Of a DNA stretch of 64,000 nt, positions 9,445 through 19,354 are shown one piece after another. Both the position numbers and the translations under genes were made by a program. The notes below the pieces were generated by a model. That model did no database searches. It was not told the DNA's origin and was given only the letters and a program-made list of their open reading frames with translations. The stretch's first letter is position 1; the number at the start of each line of letters is the position of its first letter. This stretch comes from an uncultured Candidatus Entotheonella sp. (GTDB taxonomy: Bacteria; Tectomicrobia; Entotheonellia; Entotheonellales; Entotheonellaceae), in the NCBI GenBank assembly GCA_965215335.1, contig CBDCDA010000001.1:992001-1056000 (forward strand), in the 5' to 3' direction.

Positions 9445-11652
9445 TCACCTCTTCCCGGCATCAGTCTTTTCGTCATGCAATCTCGTGATCATCGATTCAA
9501 TCTCCGAGCCGCTCGCCTCAAGTAGCGACAGTGCTGTGTCAAGACGATGTGACATCGACAGCCGCCTGAGAAGCTGCGCCATCACAATGACCCGAACGTC
9601 ATTGCGGCTGAGCCGTCGACCGCTTGAACACAAACGTTGAACCTGTTGCATCGCGACCGCTATTACAAGGTGCCATGACTTCCCATTCCATTCATTTCGT
9701 TCCAGTTGCGACTGTTTCCGGCAGACTAGGATGACGTCAAGGTCGATGGGCTCCTTGGCTTGATGCTTCGGCATGGCGACAGACATTTCAGCCTTGACAG
9801 GGTGGGCCGCGGTGATCCCGAAACCGGCCTTCATGAGTGCAAAGAGTATAGATCGCCATCCTTCCGGACGAGAGTGATGGTACGTGAACGCGAGAACGCC
9901 TGAGTCCTTCAGAACACGATGCGCTTCTGACCACACGGCGCCTAGCCGCTCCGTGAACTGGGACGCATCGGCACTTTGTACCTCGAAATCAGAGCGTGTC
10001 GTGCAGCGATTCTGCTGACATCCGGTATCACTCAGAATATGTCGTTGCCAGACATGAAAGAAATCGGCGAGTTGCGAATAATGCACGTTATCGAAGAACG
10101 GCGGGTCCGTAACGATTGCATCAACCGACTTGTCGTCCAGGTCGGTATGGCTTGAATCCCCACACGATAGATAGACTTGTTTACCCGTCGAGAAATCTTT
10201 GTATTCGCCGGCAAGATCGAAGCCTAGCCTCTCTGAAAGGTCGTAAATTTTTTCGCCCGCCTTCTTCCCCGCCCGTGTCTTCGGACGCAATTCGAAAGGA
10301 GCCTCAGCATAGTCCAGGGCGCGGAGTATTCGTCCCTCGAACATCGTCATGAACGACCCAGAACTCTTTGCGGTGCCCCAGAGATTCGCCTCCAAGGGCA
10401 GGCGCTCCGGTTTCAGAATATGGTGCGCGAACATGTGGCGCACCGCGCCGGTGCCTTCTCCTTTATAAGAGGCAAACATATTGTTGAATTCCAACGTGCC
10501 GGAAAACAGGCAGGTGAACAGGCCGCGCACGACGGTGTCGGGAATCGATCGAATACGATCGGCAAGAATTGACAGGCAGAGAAGCTGCCGGTCATTGAAC
10601 ATTTCATGCCAGAACCGGTAGTTATAGCCGAGGGCCTGATTGGTGTTGTAACCGGGTTCAATCGCAACAACGGGATACGGATTCAAGCCGTCCGCAAGCT
10701 TCTTGGAAGCCGTTTGGTATAGGGTGCGGTCTTCGTCAGTGGTGGATGCGTATTCCTTCGACCCGTCAGGCAAAAATGCGAGCTTCGCATAGAGCCGATG
10801 GGCAGGCGGGTTATTCGTCTCGCGAATCGTCTTTGCGACAGGGAAAGCATGACTGCAGGACGGACAGATGGCTTTCTGGCCGCTGGCCGGGCCGGATTGC
10901 GGATCGAATAAACACTGACAAGAACGGCACCTCGCCTGCTGATCATCGCAGCGGACGACGTTGATATCGCCGCATTCAGGACAGACCGCTCGCGCTTGCG
11001 GATATCGTTTTGGATACGCATGCTTTGCGAAAATCCTCGACGAACGGAGTTCCACCTCATGGCGACAACAAGGGCAAGGCACGATTTTAACCCAGAAGAA
11101 ATAAAGCACCTCGGCAGCGCGTCCGTCGGGAAGCCGAGTTTGGTAATACGAACGGATTTCACCGGAAACATCGCGTTCGATGGACCGATATTCGCGGAGA
11201 ATTTTCGGGCGGTCATGGAAGGAAAGCGCATTGCGCACGAGAAAATGCGCAACGGGGTTGATATCCCGGCCTATGACGCGGGCACCGAGTTTGGCGGCTT
11301 CGCCAAGCGTCGTTCCACTTCCCATGAAGGGGTCGAAAATAACCGAGCTTCTCAAACGGACCGGGCGATAAAAGGCATCTAAGATATCGGTTCGGGAAGG
11401 TGTAAGGACGCCAAGAACGATCGCGCGAAAAACCGTGCCGAGCCTCTGCGCCCACCATTTGTGAATATGGTAGAGAGGACGATTGATTTCTTTCCGCCAG
11501 CTTTCCAACTCCGCAATGTCACTGACCCGCTCGAATGGAAACTCATCGTCCTCAAGAGCGCAACCACCGGAAAACACGCGCAGACCAGCCGGGATGTCGT
11601 CGGGAAAAGAAAAATTGAAACGCCCTTGGCGCTGTATACGGTTTGATCTCAT
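9445..11652 (-). CDS. Amino (adenine-type) DNA methyltransferase with Zn ribbons (DUF1156/COG1743-like)
   Basis: IHKWWAQR, motif I DPFMGSGTT, four CxxC pairs, motif IV TDPPFFDNVHYSQLADFF. Confidence 0.88.
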   Translation of the reverse strand: MRSNRIQRQGRFNFSFPDDIPAGLRVFSGGCALEDDEFPFERVSDIAELESWRKEINRPLYHIHKWWAQRLGTVFRAIVLGVLTPSRTDILDAFYRPVRLRSSVIFDPFMGSGTTLGEAAKLGARVIGRDINPVAHFLVRNALSFHDRPKILREYRSIERDVSGEIRSYYQTRLPDGRAAEVLYFFWVKIVPCPCCRHEVELRSSRIFAKHAYPKRYPQARAVCPECGDINVVRCDDQQARCRSCQCLFDPQSGPASGQKAICPSCSHAFPVAKTIRETNNPPAHRLYAKLAFLPDGSKEYASTTDEDRTLYQTASKKLADGLNPYPVVAIEPGYNTNQALGYNYRFWHEMFNDRQLLCLSILADRIRSIPDTVVRGLFTCLFSGTLEFNNMFASYKGEGTGAVRHMFAHHILKPERLPLEANLWGTAKSSGSFMTMFEGRILRALDYAEAPFELRPKTRAGKKAGEKIYDLSERLGFDLAGEYKDFSTGKQVYLSCGDSSHTDLDDKSVDAIVTDPPFFDNVHYSQLADFFHVWQRHILSDTGCQQNRCTTRSDFEVQSADASQFTERLGAVWSEAHRVLKDSGVLAFTYHHSRPEGWRSILFALMKAGFGITAAHPVKAEMSVAMPKHQAKEPIDLDVILVCRKQSQLERNEWNGKSWHLVIAVAMQQVQRLCSSGRRLSRNDVRVIVMAQLLRRLSMSHRLDTALSLLEASGSEIESMITRLHDEKTDAGKR

Positions 11653-11686
11653 GCCTGCTCATGATGGGGCCGTCCCACCTGGCCGC

Positions 11687-12937
11687 TCAACCCCAGTGCA
11701 GCAGGCGATGCGCCTGGCGCGTCAGTTCTGGAACGGCCAGCCCGTAGGGGCACGAACCGAGGCAGCGCTGGTGCGTGCATCCGGCACAGGCGGCGGCGCT
11801 GTGCGCCAGCTCGGCATAGCCCTCCATCGCCATGCGCTCGGCGCCGTAATTCTCGAAGTACATCTTGTGGCGCAGTACATCGGCAATCTGCACGTTCTCC
11901 GGGCACGACGACTCACAGGCATCGCACAGCGGGCGGCAATAGGTGGCGTCGTTCAGGGCCACGTAGCGGTGCAGCAGCTCCACGTCGCGCCGCGTCACCT
12001 TGCTGCCACCGGAAGCGACGAGAAACTCGTCGATATCACCGGACGAGCGCATGGTGACGATCAAGGCGTCGACATCGTCGTTCGACAGCACCCAGCGAAA
12101 AGCGGCCTGCGAGAAGGTGGCGCCCTCCTTCTGGTACGGCTGCATGTCGTTCAGCCTGGCACCGCGCAGCGTTTTCATGGCAATCACGCCCATCCCTGCC
12201 GCCTTGGCCTTGCGCAGCACGCGCGGCAGATCCGGGTTCACCGCGATAAAGTCGAAGCGGCGCGTCAGTTTCTGTACGAACGACGGGTCCTGGCCGAAGT
12301 TGTACGCCACCAGCATCACGTCGAACTTGCCGCTGTCAATGGCGTAATCCAGGCACTCGATGAGCCGGCCACCATGACCGGAAAGGCCGACGTAGCGAAT
12401 TTTGCCTTGCTCCCTGGCGCGCTCGGTAAAGGCGTGAAATTCGGGATTCTGGATGCGCCTGACGTCATTCACGGCGTGGTGGAAGTAGACATCGACGTAA
12501 TCGGTGCGCAGCCGTCGCAGGCTTCCCTCCAGCGCGCGCATCATGTGCCCCCGCCGGACGTGCGAGCCGAAGCCGCCCTTGCTGGCGATGTAGACCTGGT
12601 CGCGCTTGCCCTCGAGCGCCTGGCCGATGACGGTTTCAGAGTCGCCGCCGGTATAGCTCTCGGCGGTATCGAAATAGTTGATGCCCTTGTCCAGGGCGTA
12701 ACGCACCAGATCGACATCACCGCGCAGCCGCGAGCCACCAAAGCCGATATCGGCCATGCGCATGTCCGTGGTACCCAGCCGTTTGCGCCGCTTGATAGCG
12801 GCGGTGGCGTGCAACGTCTCTGGAGCCGCCGCGGTCAGCCCGGACGCGGCGCCCAGCGCCACGCCGCCGAGGGTAACCCGCCGCAGGAAGGTTCGACGCT
12901 CGACGCTTGCAGATTCGTCACCATGGGGGGCCGGCAT
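11687..12937 (-). CDS. Aldo/keto reductase with C-terminal Fe-S domain and Tat-like signal
   Basis: ERRTFLR signal; GINYFDTAESY, SLRRLRTDYVD; C-terminal Cys clusters CRPLCDACESSCP and CAGC..CLGSCP. Confidence 0.88.
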   Translation of the reverse strand: MPAPHGDESASVERRTFLRRVTLGGVALGAASGLTAAAPETLHATAAIKRRKRLGTTDMRMADIGFGGSRLRGDVDLVRYALDKGINYFDTAESYTGGDSETVIGQALEGKRDQVYIASKGGFGSHVRRGHMMRALEGSLRRLRTDYVDVYFHHAVNDVRRIQNPEFHAFTERAREQGKIRYVGLSGHGGRLIECLDYAIDSGKFDVMLVAYNFGQDPSFVQKLTRRFDFIAVNPDLPRVLRKAKAAGMGVIAMKTLRGARLNDMQPYQKEGATFSQAAFRWVLSNDDVDALIVTMRSSGDIDEFLVASGGSKVTRRDVELLHRYVALNDATYCRPLCDACESSCPENVQIADVLRHKMYFENYGAERMAMEGYAELAHSAAACAGCTHQRCLGSCPYGLAVPELTRQAHRLLHWG

Positions 12938-13140
12938 AGTCAACTCCTCACCACACGGGTTTTTGGGAGAATGAAACACACGATTGAGGGGAACAACCAG
13001 AGGGGCCGGTTCGAAATCCGTGGCTATTATGCGGTATCGTCAGGGAGGCGCGCAAGCACCCGGTGGCCGTGACGGCGCACGCGAATCCGGAGGCTTGGCG
13101 AATGGGCGTCTCGTCAGCAAGGCGTAACCCGACACGTTCG

Positions 13141-14103
13141 TTACGCCGCACCCCCTGTCCTTGAACGAAAATAAGCTACCGTTCGCGCCAACCCATCCGC
13201 CAAGGCCGTTCGTGGCCGCCAATCCAATTGACGCGCCATCCGCTTGCTGTCCAGAACACTGCGACGCTGCTCGCCCGCTTTGGGCGGCACGTGCTCAGGG
13301 TGGACAGAGCTACGAGTGAACCGTCTGAGGTGGTCGAAGATATCGTTGATGGGAGTCTCCACGCCCGTGCCGACGTTGAAGGCCCCTTGGGCGTTGGACT
13401 GCATGGCGAGGAGGTTGGCCTCAACCACGTCGTCGACGTAGACGAAATCGCGCGTCTGGCAGCCATCGCCATTGACGCGTACGGGCTCGCCGCGCAGTAA
13501 CCGGTCCGCAAACAGAGCAATCACCCCGGCCTCGCCGCGGGGGCTCTGACGCGGGCCATAGACGTTGGCGTAACGCAGCGCTGCGTAAGACAGGCCGTGG
13601 ACGCTGTGGAAACAGTGCAAATAGCACTCACCGGCCAGCTTGGTGACGCCGTAAGGGGAGACGGGTCGCAGGGGATGCGTCTCGTCTGCCGGAAAGGTTT
13701 CCTGCTCACCGTAGATGGCGCCGCCGCTGGAGGCGAAAACGATGCGTTCAACCCCGTGGCGCAAGCAGGCTTCCAGGAGATTGAGCAAGCCGATGACGTT
13801 GACCGACGCGTCGTGTGCCGGATTGACGACCGATTCCCGTACACTCGCTTGCGCCGCATGGTGGGATACGACCCGGGGCTTCTCACGCGCCAGAACGTCG
13901 TTCAGTGCCTGGCTGTCACGAACATCGGCCTGGTAAAACGCGACCTCCCGACGCACGGGCGCCGCGCAGCCGGAGGACAGGTCGTCGACGACAGCGGCTT
14001 CGTGGCCTTCTGCAAGCAACCGGTCAACGATGCACGAACCGATAAAACCGGCGCCGCCGGTTACCAGGACTTTCAAGTTGGCTTGCCTCCCGGGGAACCG
14101 CAC
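13141..14103 (-). CDS. NAD-dependent epimerase/dehydratase (UDP-glucose 4-epimerase-like)
   Basis: VTGGAGFIG, ASSGGAIYG, YGVTK, RYANVYGPRQ, TRDFVYV. Confidence 0.92.
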   Translation of the reverse strand: MRFPGRQANLKVLVTGGAGFIGSCIVDRLLAEGHEAAVVDDLSSGCAAPVRREVAFYQADVRDSQALNDVLAREKPRVVSHHAAQASVRESVVNPAHDASVNVIGLLNLLEACLRHGVERIVFASSGGAIYGEQETFPADETHPLRPVSPYGVTKLAGECYLHCFHSVHGLSYAALRYANVYGPRQSPRGEAGVIALFADRLLRGEPVRVNGDGCQTRDFVYVDDVVEANLLAMQSNAQGAFNVGTGVETPINDIFDHLRRFTRSSVHPEHVPPKAGEQRRSVLDSKRMARQLDWRPRTALADGLARTVAYFRSRTGGAA

Positions 14104-14145
14104 ACATCAACGGAGAGCGACAACCAGTCCGGCCGCGGCGGCACC

Positions 14146-15490
14146 TCAGGTCGCCTCGACGGGGATTTCCGGCAGGCGCCATTCCTCCCGGAAGGCGCGT
14201 TCCATGGACCATCGCGCTTCCAGGGCCTCGCAAGTGCCCGGCAGCGTGACGTCCCGCCAGCGCACCGGCGAGCCGGCCGCGATGTCACGCTTCAGGGTGA
14301 CGCCGTGGGCCAGACCGATCGGCAGCCCCCCCCAGCGCCAGGCTGTCACGCGCCGTCATCAGCTTGCCCCACACCGTGTAGCCACCCTCGCCGTCCAGCA
14401 CCTCGCCGGCCGAGAGATGCCGCTTTGCCGTAGCCACGACGTCGCCGCGGAAACCCGTCATGCAGCCCGTCGGCTCGCGGCGCAGGACTGCCGAGAAGAT
14501 GGATACGTTCAACTCCAGGCCGATCAGGTGATACGGCTTGTACATGGCCGCGTAGCGACCCGTATCATCGGTGACGAGGCCGTACTGCTGAAAGCAGTCG
14601 GCGGCATAGGCATTCGGAGCCTCGAAAACGACGTAGACGCCCCAGCGCAGGTCTCGAAACACGGGTCGGCCATCCCGTTCGAGCGACGACACGACTTCCA
14701 CCTGCCCCTTGTGGTGCAGCAAGCCGCCCGCCTCGGCGGGCCGCAGCACATGGGGCAGATCGTCGGTGCCGCACGGCGGGAACGCCAGGCCGCCGGGCGC
14801 CGGCGTCAGGCCGGTGGCATTGGCAATGGCCGACATTTCGATGCCCGACTTGGTGCCGTCAAGAAAGGAGTTGAACATCTGCGAACTCATGCGCGCCGCC
14901 TCCGCTTGTGCGGCAGTCAGGCCATAGTACTCCCACACCGTGGCCGGGGTGGACGTGTGATAGACCGGCAAATACCGGGTGCCCTTCCCTGCCGCTACCA
15001 CCTCGAAGCCGCACAGGCGGCCCCAATCGACCAACTCGCAGGTCAGAGCCGGCTGGTCGCCGTAGGCCATCGAGTACACGATGCCCGCGGCCGCGGCTTC
15101 GCGCGCCAGCAACGGCCCGGCCAATACGTCCGCCTCCACGTTCACCATGACGATGTCCTTGCCCTCGCGCATCGCCCGTCTGGCGTGCGTCACCCCGGCA
15201 GGCGGATGCCCCGTCGCCTCGACCACCACGTCGACATCATCTGACGCAATCAGGGCCCCACCGTCGTCGACAAAACGGGTACGCGCCAGGCGCTCCGGCT
15301 CCCAGCCGACCGCGGCGCAGACGTCCCGCGCCCGCTGCGGGTCGAGGTCGGCAATCACGCTGACCTCCAACCCCTCGCTGGTCGGCGCCTGCGATAGAAA
15401 CATCGAGCCGAACTTGCCGGCACCGATCAGACCGACGCGCACGGCGCCCTGATCCCGTAATCGCTGCTGCAGGAGCTCGTTCAGACTCAT
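14146..15490 (-). pseudogene. NAD(P)-dependent oxidoreductase with C-terminal SAF domain (homoserine dehydrogenase-like), frameshifted in a G8 run at 14326-14333 (real or assembly error)
   Basis: GAGKFG, NVEAD, YGDQPA, DGTKS, LDGEGGYTVWG; the SAF tail LPIGLAHGVTLKRDI continues in another frame after the homopolymer. Confidence 0.8.
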
Positions 15491-16299
15491 GCCTGGCCCA
15501 GGGCGGGCTGGGCGCTCTCCTGCTCAGCCAACTTCAGCAGGCAGTCGTCCGCAAGCGACTCGATGGGCGTGAAATCCCGGTGGGCGATAAAGGCGGGACG
15601 CTTGAACCGGCGGATGTGGTTGTTCACCTCGCACAGACTGAGATACACGATGGCGCGTCGCCACGGGCTGATGTTCGGCGGGCTGGCGTGCACCAGATTG
15701 CCATGAAACAGCACCACGTCCCCCGGTGGTCCGGTCGGCGCCACGATACCGCCCTCGTCGGCCAGCCGTGACACCGTTTCGCGGTCCAGTGTCCACAAGG
15801 GATAGCTGGTGCCCTCAAGGTCATGCCCGGCGCTCAGCACGCCGCGCTTGTGGCTCCTGGGAATGAACAGCAGCGGCCCGTTGGCCGGCGTGACCTCTTC
15901 CAGAAACAGGGCGATGTTCATGGCGCGCGGTTCCGGCATCTCGTCGTCACGCTGCCACACCCCGTAATCCTGATGCCACTGCCACACCTCGCCGTCGAAG
16001 GCCGCCTTGGCGTTGACCTTGAATTGGTGCATGTAGACCTGGCCGCCAAGCAACTGCATGACCGGCTGCACCAGCCGCGGGTGCCGGCCCAGGCGCCGGA
16101 ACGCCTCGCTGTACGTATGCGCCGCAAACGCCGTGCGGGCCGCCCCGCTGCTCTCGCGCCATACCTCCTGGCGCTGCTCCCCGAACAACCGCTCGGCCTC
16201 CGCCCGCAAGGGAGCAATCTCTTCAGACGTGAATTGACCGGGCAAAAACAGATAGCCCTGCTCGTGAAACTCGGCCATTTGTGCGTCGGTTAGCTGCAT
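15487..16299 (-). CDS. Phytanoyl-CoA dioxygenase family Fe(II)/2OG hydroxylase (ectoine/proline hydroxylase-like)
   Basis: WQWHQD, PRSHK, FHGNLVHASPPNISP..R. Confidence 0.88.
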   Translation of the reverse strand: MQLTDAQMAEFHEQGYLFLPGQFTSEEIAPLRAEAERLFGEQRQEVWRESSGAARTAFAAHTYSEAFRRLGRHPRLVQPVMQLLGGQVYMHQFKVNAKAAFDGEVWQWHQDYGVWQRDDEMPEPRAMNIALFLEEVTPANGPLLFIPRSHKRGVLSAGHDLEGTSYPLWTLDRETVSRLADEGGIVAPTGPPGDVVLFHGNLVHASPPNISPWRRAIVYLSLCEVNNHIRRFKRPAFIAHRDFTPIESLADDCLLKLAEQESAQPALGQA

Positions 16300-16342
16300 A
16301 AGGATGCCCTCTCGACTCCATGCGTCTACAGGTACGATGAAA

Positions 16343-16368
16343 CGGAGCCGGTATGCCGACCGGCTCCG
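16343..16368. terminator. 10-bp perfect inverted repeat, terminator-like
   Basis: CGGAGCCGGT-N6-ACCGGCTCCG just downstream (minus strand) of the cyclase relic. Confidence 0.5.
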
Positions 16369-16388
16369 AGATCAAGGCTTTTGGCTTG

Positions 16389-16557
16389 CCAGGCCGCAAT
16401 CGGATTGCCCGGAGACCCCGTGGCACCGATGAGCTTGAGCGGCGACCAAGTGAACAGGAGATTGTAGAAACTCGCAGGCTTTTGCCTCGGACAAAACGTC
16501 GAGGTCGAGGTTCTCGAAGTTGGTAATGCCGCGCCGGACGATCAGGTTCATTTCGAT
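16389..16557 (-). pseudogene. C-terminal relic of a cyclase-family gene
   Basis: Manual translation over two frames gives NLIVRRGITNFENLDLDVL / LFTWSPLKLIGATGSPGNPIAAW, matching the end of the intact cyclase at 46612-47604 (HENLD...SPLRLKGATGSPGNPIAVR). Confidence 0.75.
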
Positions 16558-16832
16558 CCGCCAGACAGTTTAGTTTGACGGTGCTCCTCATGGTCCCACT
16601 CCCCTCCCTTGCGACAGGTTCATCGCCTCGGAGACGATTGTCCTCGTCAGCAGGAAACGCGCTTGCGAGCGCGTGTTGTAGCACACAGGCCGGTAGATTA
16701 CAATACGACCGGAAACGATAGTGGGTAGACTCAAGGGTCAACGCGTCTGAAGATGCAACGCCCGGCGGGAGACAGATTGAAATCGAAACCACCCCTCGCC
16801 GTCAAGGACCAGGAACTCTGAGGAATCATGTC

Positions 16833-17099
16833 ATGGCTAGGCAATGGACTCATACCCGGCAGGCGCTGCAGCAACTCCGGCCAGCCGTTGCGGCCGCCTA
16901 CCTCACCCGGCTGGCCATCAACGGTCCGCAGATTTACGCCAGGGCCCGCGCCCTGCTGGCGCAATATCCCCTCCAGGACGACCGCTTCAAAATCCACATG
17001 ATCAACTATCTGCGACAGATCCTGCCGGGCAGCATGGATTCGGTCTATGAGGCCCTCTTGCAGGACATCATGTCCGACAAGGCACAATTGGAGGCCTGA
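16833..17099 (+). CDS. Hypothetical protein (88 aa)
   Basis: GAGG upstream, host-like codon usage, first in a co-directional run of genes. Confidence 0.55.
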   Translation: MARQWTHTRQALQQLRPAVAAAYLTRLAINGPQIYARARALLAQYPLQDDRFKIHMINYLRQILPGSMDSVYEALLQDIMSDKAQLEA

Positions 17100-17147
17100 A
17101 CCCCCGGTGTTTGGGCACGGCCCAACGCCGACAACAAGGAGTCAAGC

Positions 17148-17789
17148 ATGATCTTTGAGCAGATCGATGCAGGCGGCGACCGCAATTTCAGCTACCTGAT
17201 CGGCGACGGAGCAGGCGGCACCTGCGCTATCGTGGACCCCGGCTACGACACCTCGAAGCTGGCGGCGCGCGTCAACGAACTGGGCTTGCAGGTGACGCAT
17301 GTCTTCAATACCCACACGCACCACGATCACGTCGCTGGCAACGACGTTTTTCACCAAGAAGGCGTGCAGCTCGCCGCCTACAGGGAGGCCAGCGTCAACC
17401 CCGACATCAAGCTGGACCACGGCAGCACCGTGCAGGTGGGAAGCAACACCGTGGAGGTGCTGTTCACCCCGGGGCACTATCTGGACTCCATCTGCCTGCT
17501 GGTGAACGGCAAGCTGATGACCGGCGACACGCTGTTTGTCGGCTGCGTCGGCGGCTCCGGGTTCCAGGGCGGCAGCGCCGAGAAGCAGCATCACAGCCTG
17601 TTCGAGGTCATCATGAAGCTGGACGATGCCGTTGAAGTCTATCCCGGTCACGATTACGGCCCGACGCCGTCCTCGACGATCGGCAACGAGCGCGCCAACA
17701 ACCCCTTCCTGCACCGCACCGACTTCGATGAATTCATGTGGCTGAAGGAAAACTGGGACGCCTACAAGGCCGAGCACGGCATCGCATAG
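17148..17789 (+). CDS. MBL-fold metallo-hydrolase (glyoxalase II-like)
   Basis: THTHHDH, TPGH, TGDTLF, YPGHDY; AAGGAG RBS. Confidence 0.92.
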   Translation: MIFEQIDAGGDRNFSYLIGDGAGGTCAIVDPGYDTSKLAARVNELGLQVTHVFNTHTHHDHVAGNDVFHQEGVQLAAYREASVNPDIKLDHGSTVQVGSNTVEVLFTPGHYLDSICLLVNGKLMTGDTLFVGCVGGSGFQGGSAEKQHHSLFEVIMKLDDAVEVYPGHDYGPTPSSTIGNERANNPFLHRTDFDEFMWLKENWDAYKAEHGIA

Positions 17790-17821
17790 AACGCGCCGGC
17801 GATTCGAGGGAGGGCATGGGG

Positions 17822-18769
17822 ATGACACTGAGAGGGCTGGTCCTGGCCAGGCCGCGTGGCTTTTGCGCCGGTGTGGACCGGGCCGTTGACATCGTCGAGC
17901 AGGCGCTAGCGGTCCTGGACGAGCCGGTCTACGTGCGCAAGGAAATCGTGCACAACCGGCACGTTGTCGAAGCCCTGAAGGAAAAAGGCGCGGTATTCGT
18001 CGAGGAAATCTCTGAAATTCCCGCCGGCGCCACCGCCATCTTCAGCGCCCACGGCGTCGCCCCCAGCGTTTGGGAGGAGGCGCAGGCGAAGCAACTGCGC
18101 ATCCTCGACGCCACCTGTCCCCTGGTCACCAAGGTACACCTGGAAGTGCTCCGCTATGCCAGGGCGGACTACACCATCATCCTCATCGGCCACGCGGATC
18201 ACGACGAGGTAATCGGCACGCGCGGTGAGGCACCGGATCATATCCAGGTGGTCGATTCGGTGGCCGGCGTGCGGGAATTGACCGTGCCCGATCCGCAAAA
18301 GGTGGTCTGCCTCACCCAGACGACCCTCAGCATGGACGACACGGCCGAGATCATGGAAGCCCTGCGAGCACGCTTCCCGGCCATGACGCTGCCCGCCAAG
18401 GAGGACATCTGCTACGCGACCCAAAACCGCCAGCACGCCGTCAAGGCGATGGCCAAGCAGGTGGATCGGGTACTGGTCATCGGGGCCACCAACAGCTCGA
18501 ACTCCAATCGCCTGCGCGAGGTGGCCGAGATGGCCGGCGTCGAGGCGAGCCTCATTCAGCAGGTTTCCGACCTCGACCCTGCCGACTTCGAAGACGTCAC
18601 CCGGGTGGGCGTAACCTCCGGCGCCTCGACGCCCGAGTTTCTGGTACAAGAAGTGGTGGACTACTGCCGGCGCCTGGGAGTCGAGGAAGTCAACGACCTC
18701 ATCGTCACCGAGGAAAACGTCAAATTTCTGCTTCCCGCGCAACTGACGCGGGCAAGAACCGGAGCCTGA
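17822..18769 (+). CDS. ispH: 4-hydroxy-3-methylbut-2-enyl diphosphate reductase
   Basis: PRGFCAGVDRA, IVHN, SAHG, DATCPLVTKVH, ICYATQNRQ, NSSNS, GASTP. Confidence 0.97.
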   Translation: MTLRGLVLARPRGFCAGVDRAVDIVEQALAVLDEPVYVRKEIVHNRHVVEALKEKGAVFVEEISEIPAGATAIFSAHGVAPSVWEEAQAKQLRILDATCPLVTKVHLEVLRYARADYTIILIGHADHDEVIGTRGEAPDHIQVVDSVAGVRELTVPDPQKVVCLTQTTLSMDDTAEIMEALRARFPAMTLPAKEDICYATQNRQHAVKAMAKQVDRVLVIGATNSSNSNRLREVAEMAGVEASLIQQVSDLDPADFEDVTRVGVTSGASTPEFLVQEVVDYCRRLGVEEVNDLIVTEENVKFLLPAQLTRARTGA

Positions 18770-18798
18770 TGCCATGCGTAGACGCGGATCGGGTTTCT

Positions 18799-19200
18799 TT
18801 CGTAGGGCACGGGTACCAACTGGTCCGTTGCCTCCCTCAGGTCCGCCCGCCACATGGCCAATAGCTTCCGGGCAATCGGCCCCGGGCGACCGTCACCCAC
18901 CACCTGGCCATCCCACCGCACGACCGGCGCGACCTTGAGGGAACTGCCGAGCAGCAGAATCTCACGCGCCGCTTTCCATTCCTGTATCGGCACATTCTTC
19001 ACGGCGATGCCGCTCAAGTCCCCAAGTACCAGCGCGTTGGGCAGGTAGTTGGTCGACTTCACCCGGGCGAAACCCGGCGGCTTGACGGGCACCGTGCTGG
19101 TCACCAGATCGACACCCTCGGTGCAGAAATGCTCCGGCGCGAAAGGCAGTGGAATGCGCGCCATTTCCGCTGAGCGCAGCAGGCGTTCGAGGTGCGGAAC
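18799..19200 (-). pseudogene. Internally deleted class IV aminotransferase relic
   Basis: HLERLLRSA, VKSTNYLPN and VRWDGQVVGDGRPGP are present in only about 135 codons; central motifs, start and native stop are missing. Confidence 0.8.
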
Positions 19201-19354
19201 CCGTCCAGACGGTGGCGATGACGTCGTTTGACCGTGCGGAGCGAGGCGGCTATGATAAGGGCTGCTTCAACGCCGGCGCCTCAAACCGTGGCTCGACCCC
19301 TCGTCCAGCCACCGCAAACCGCACGACAGGCCGCAACGCGCGAGGTTCTCCCCC

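Noticed and set aside
16223..16792. 189-aa minus-strand ORF
   Set aside because: No coherent protein features; the region is better explained by the cyclase relic and intergenic DNA
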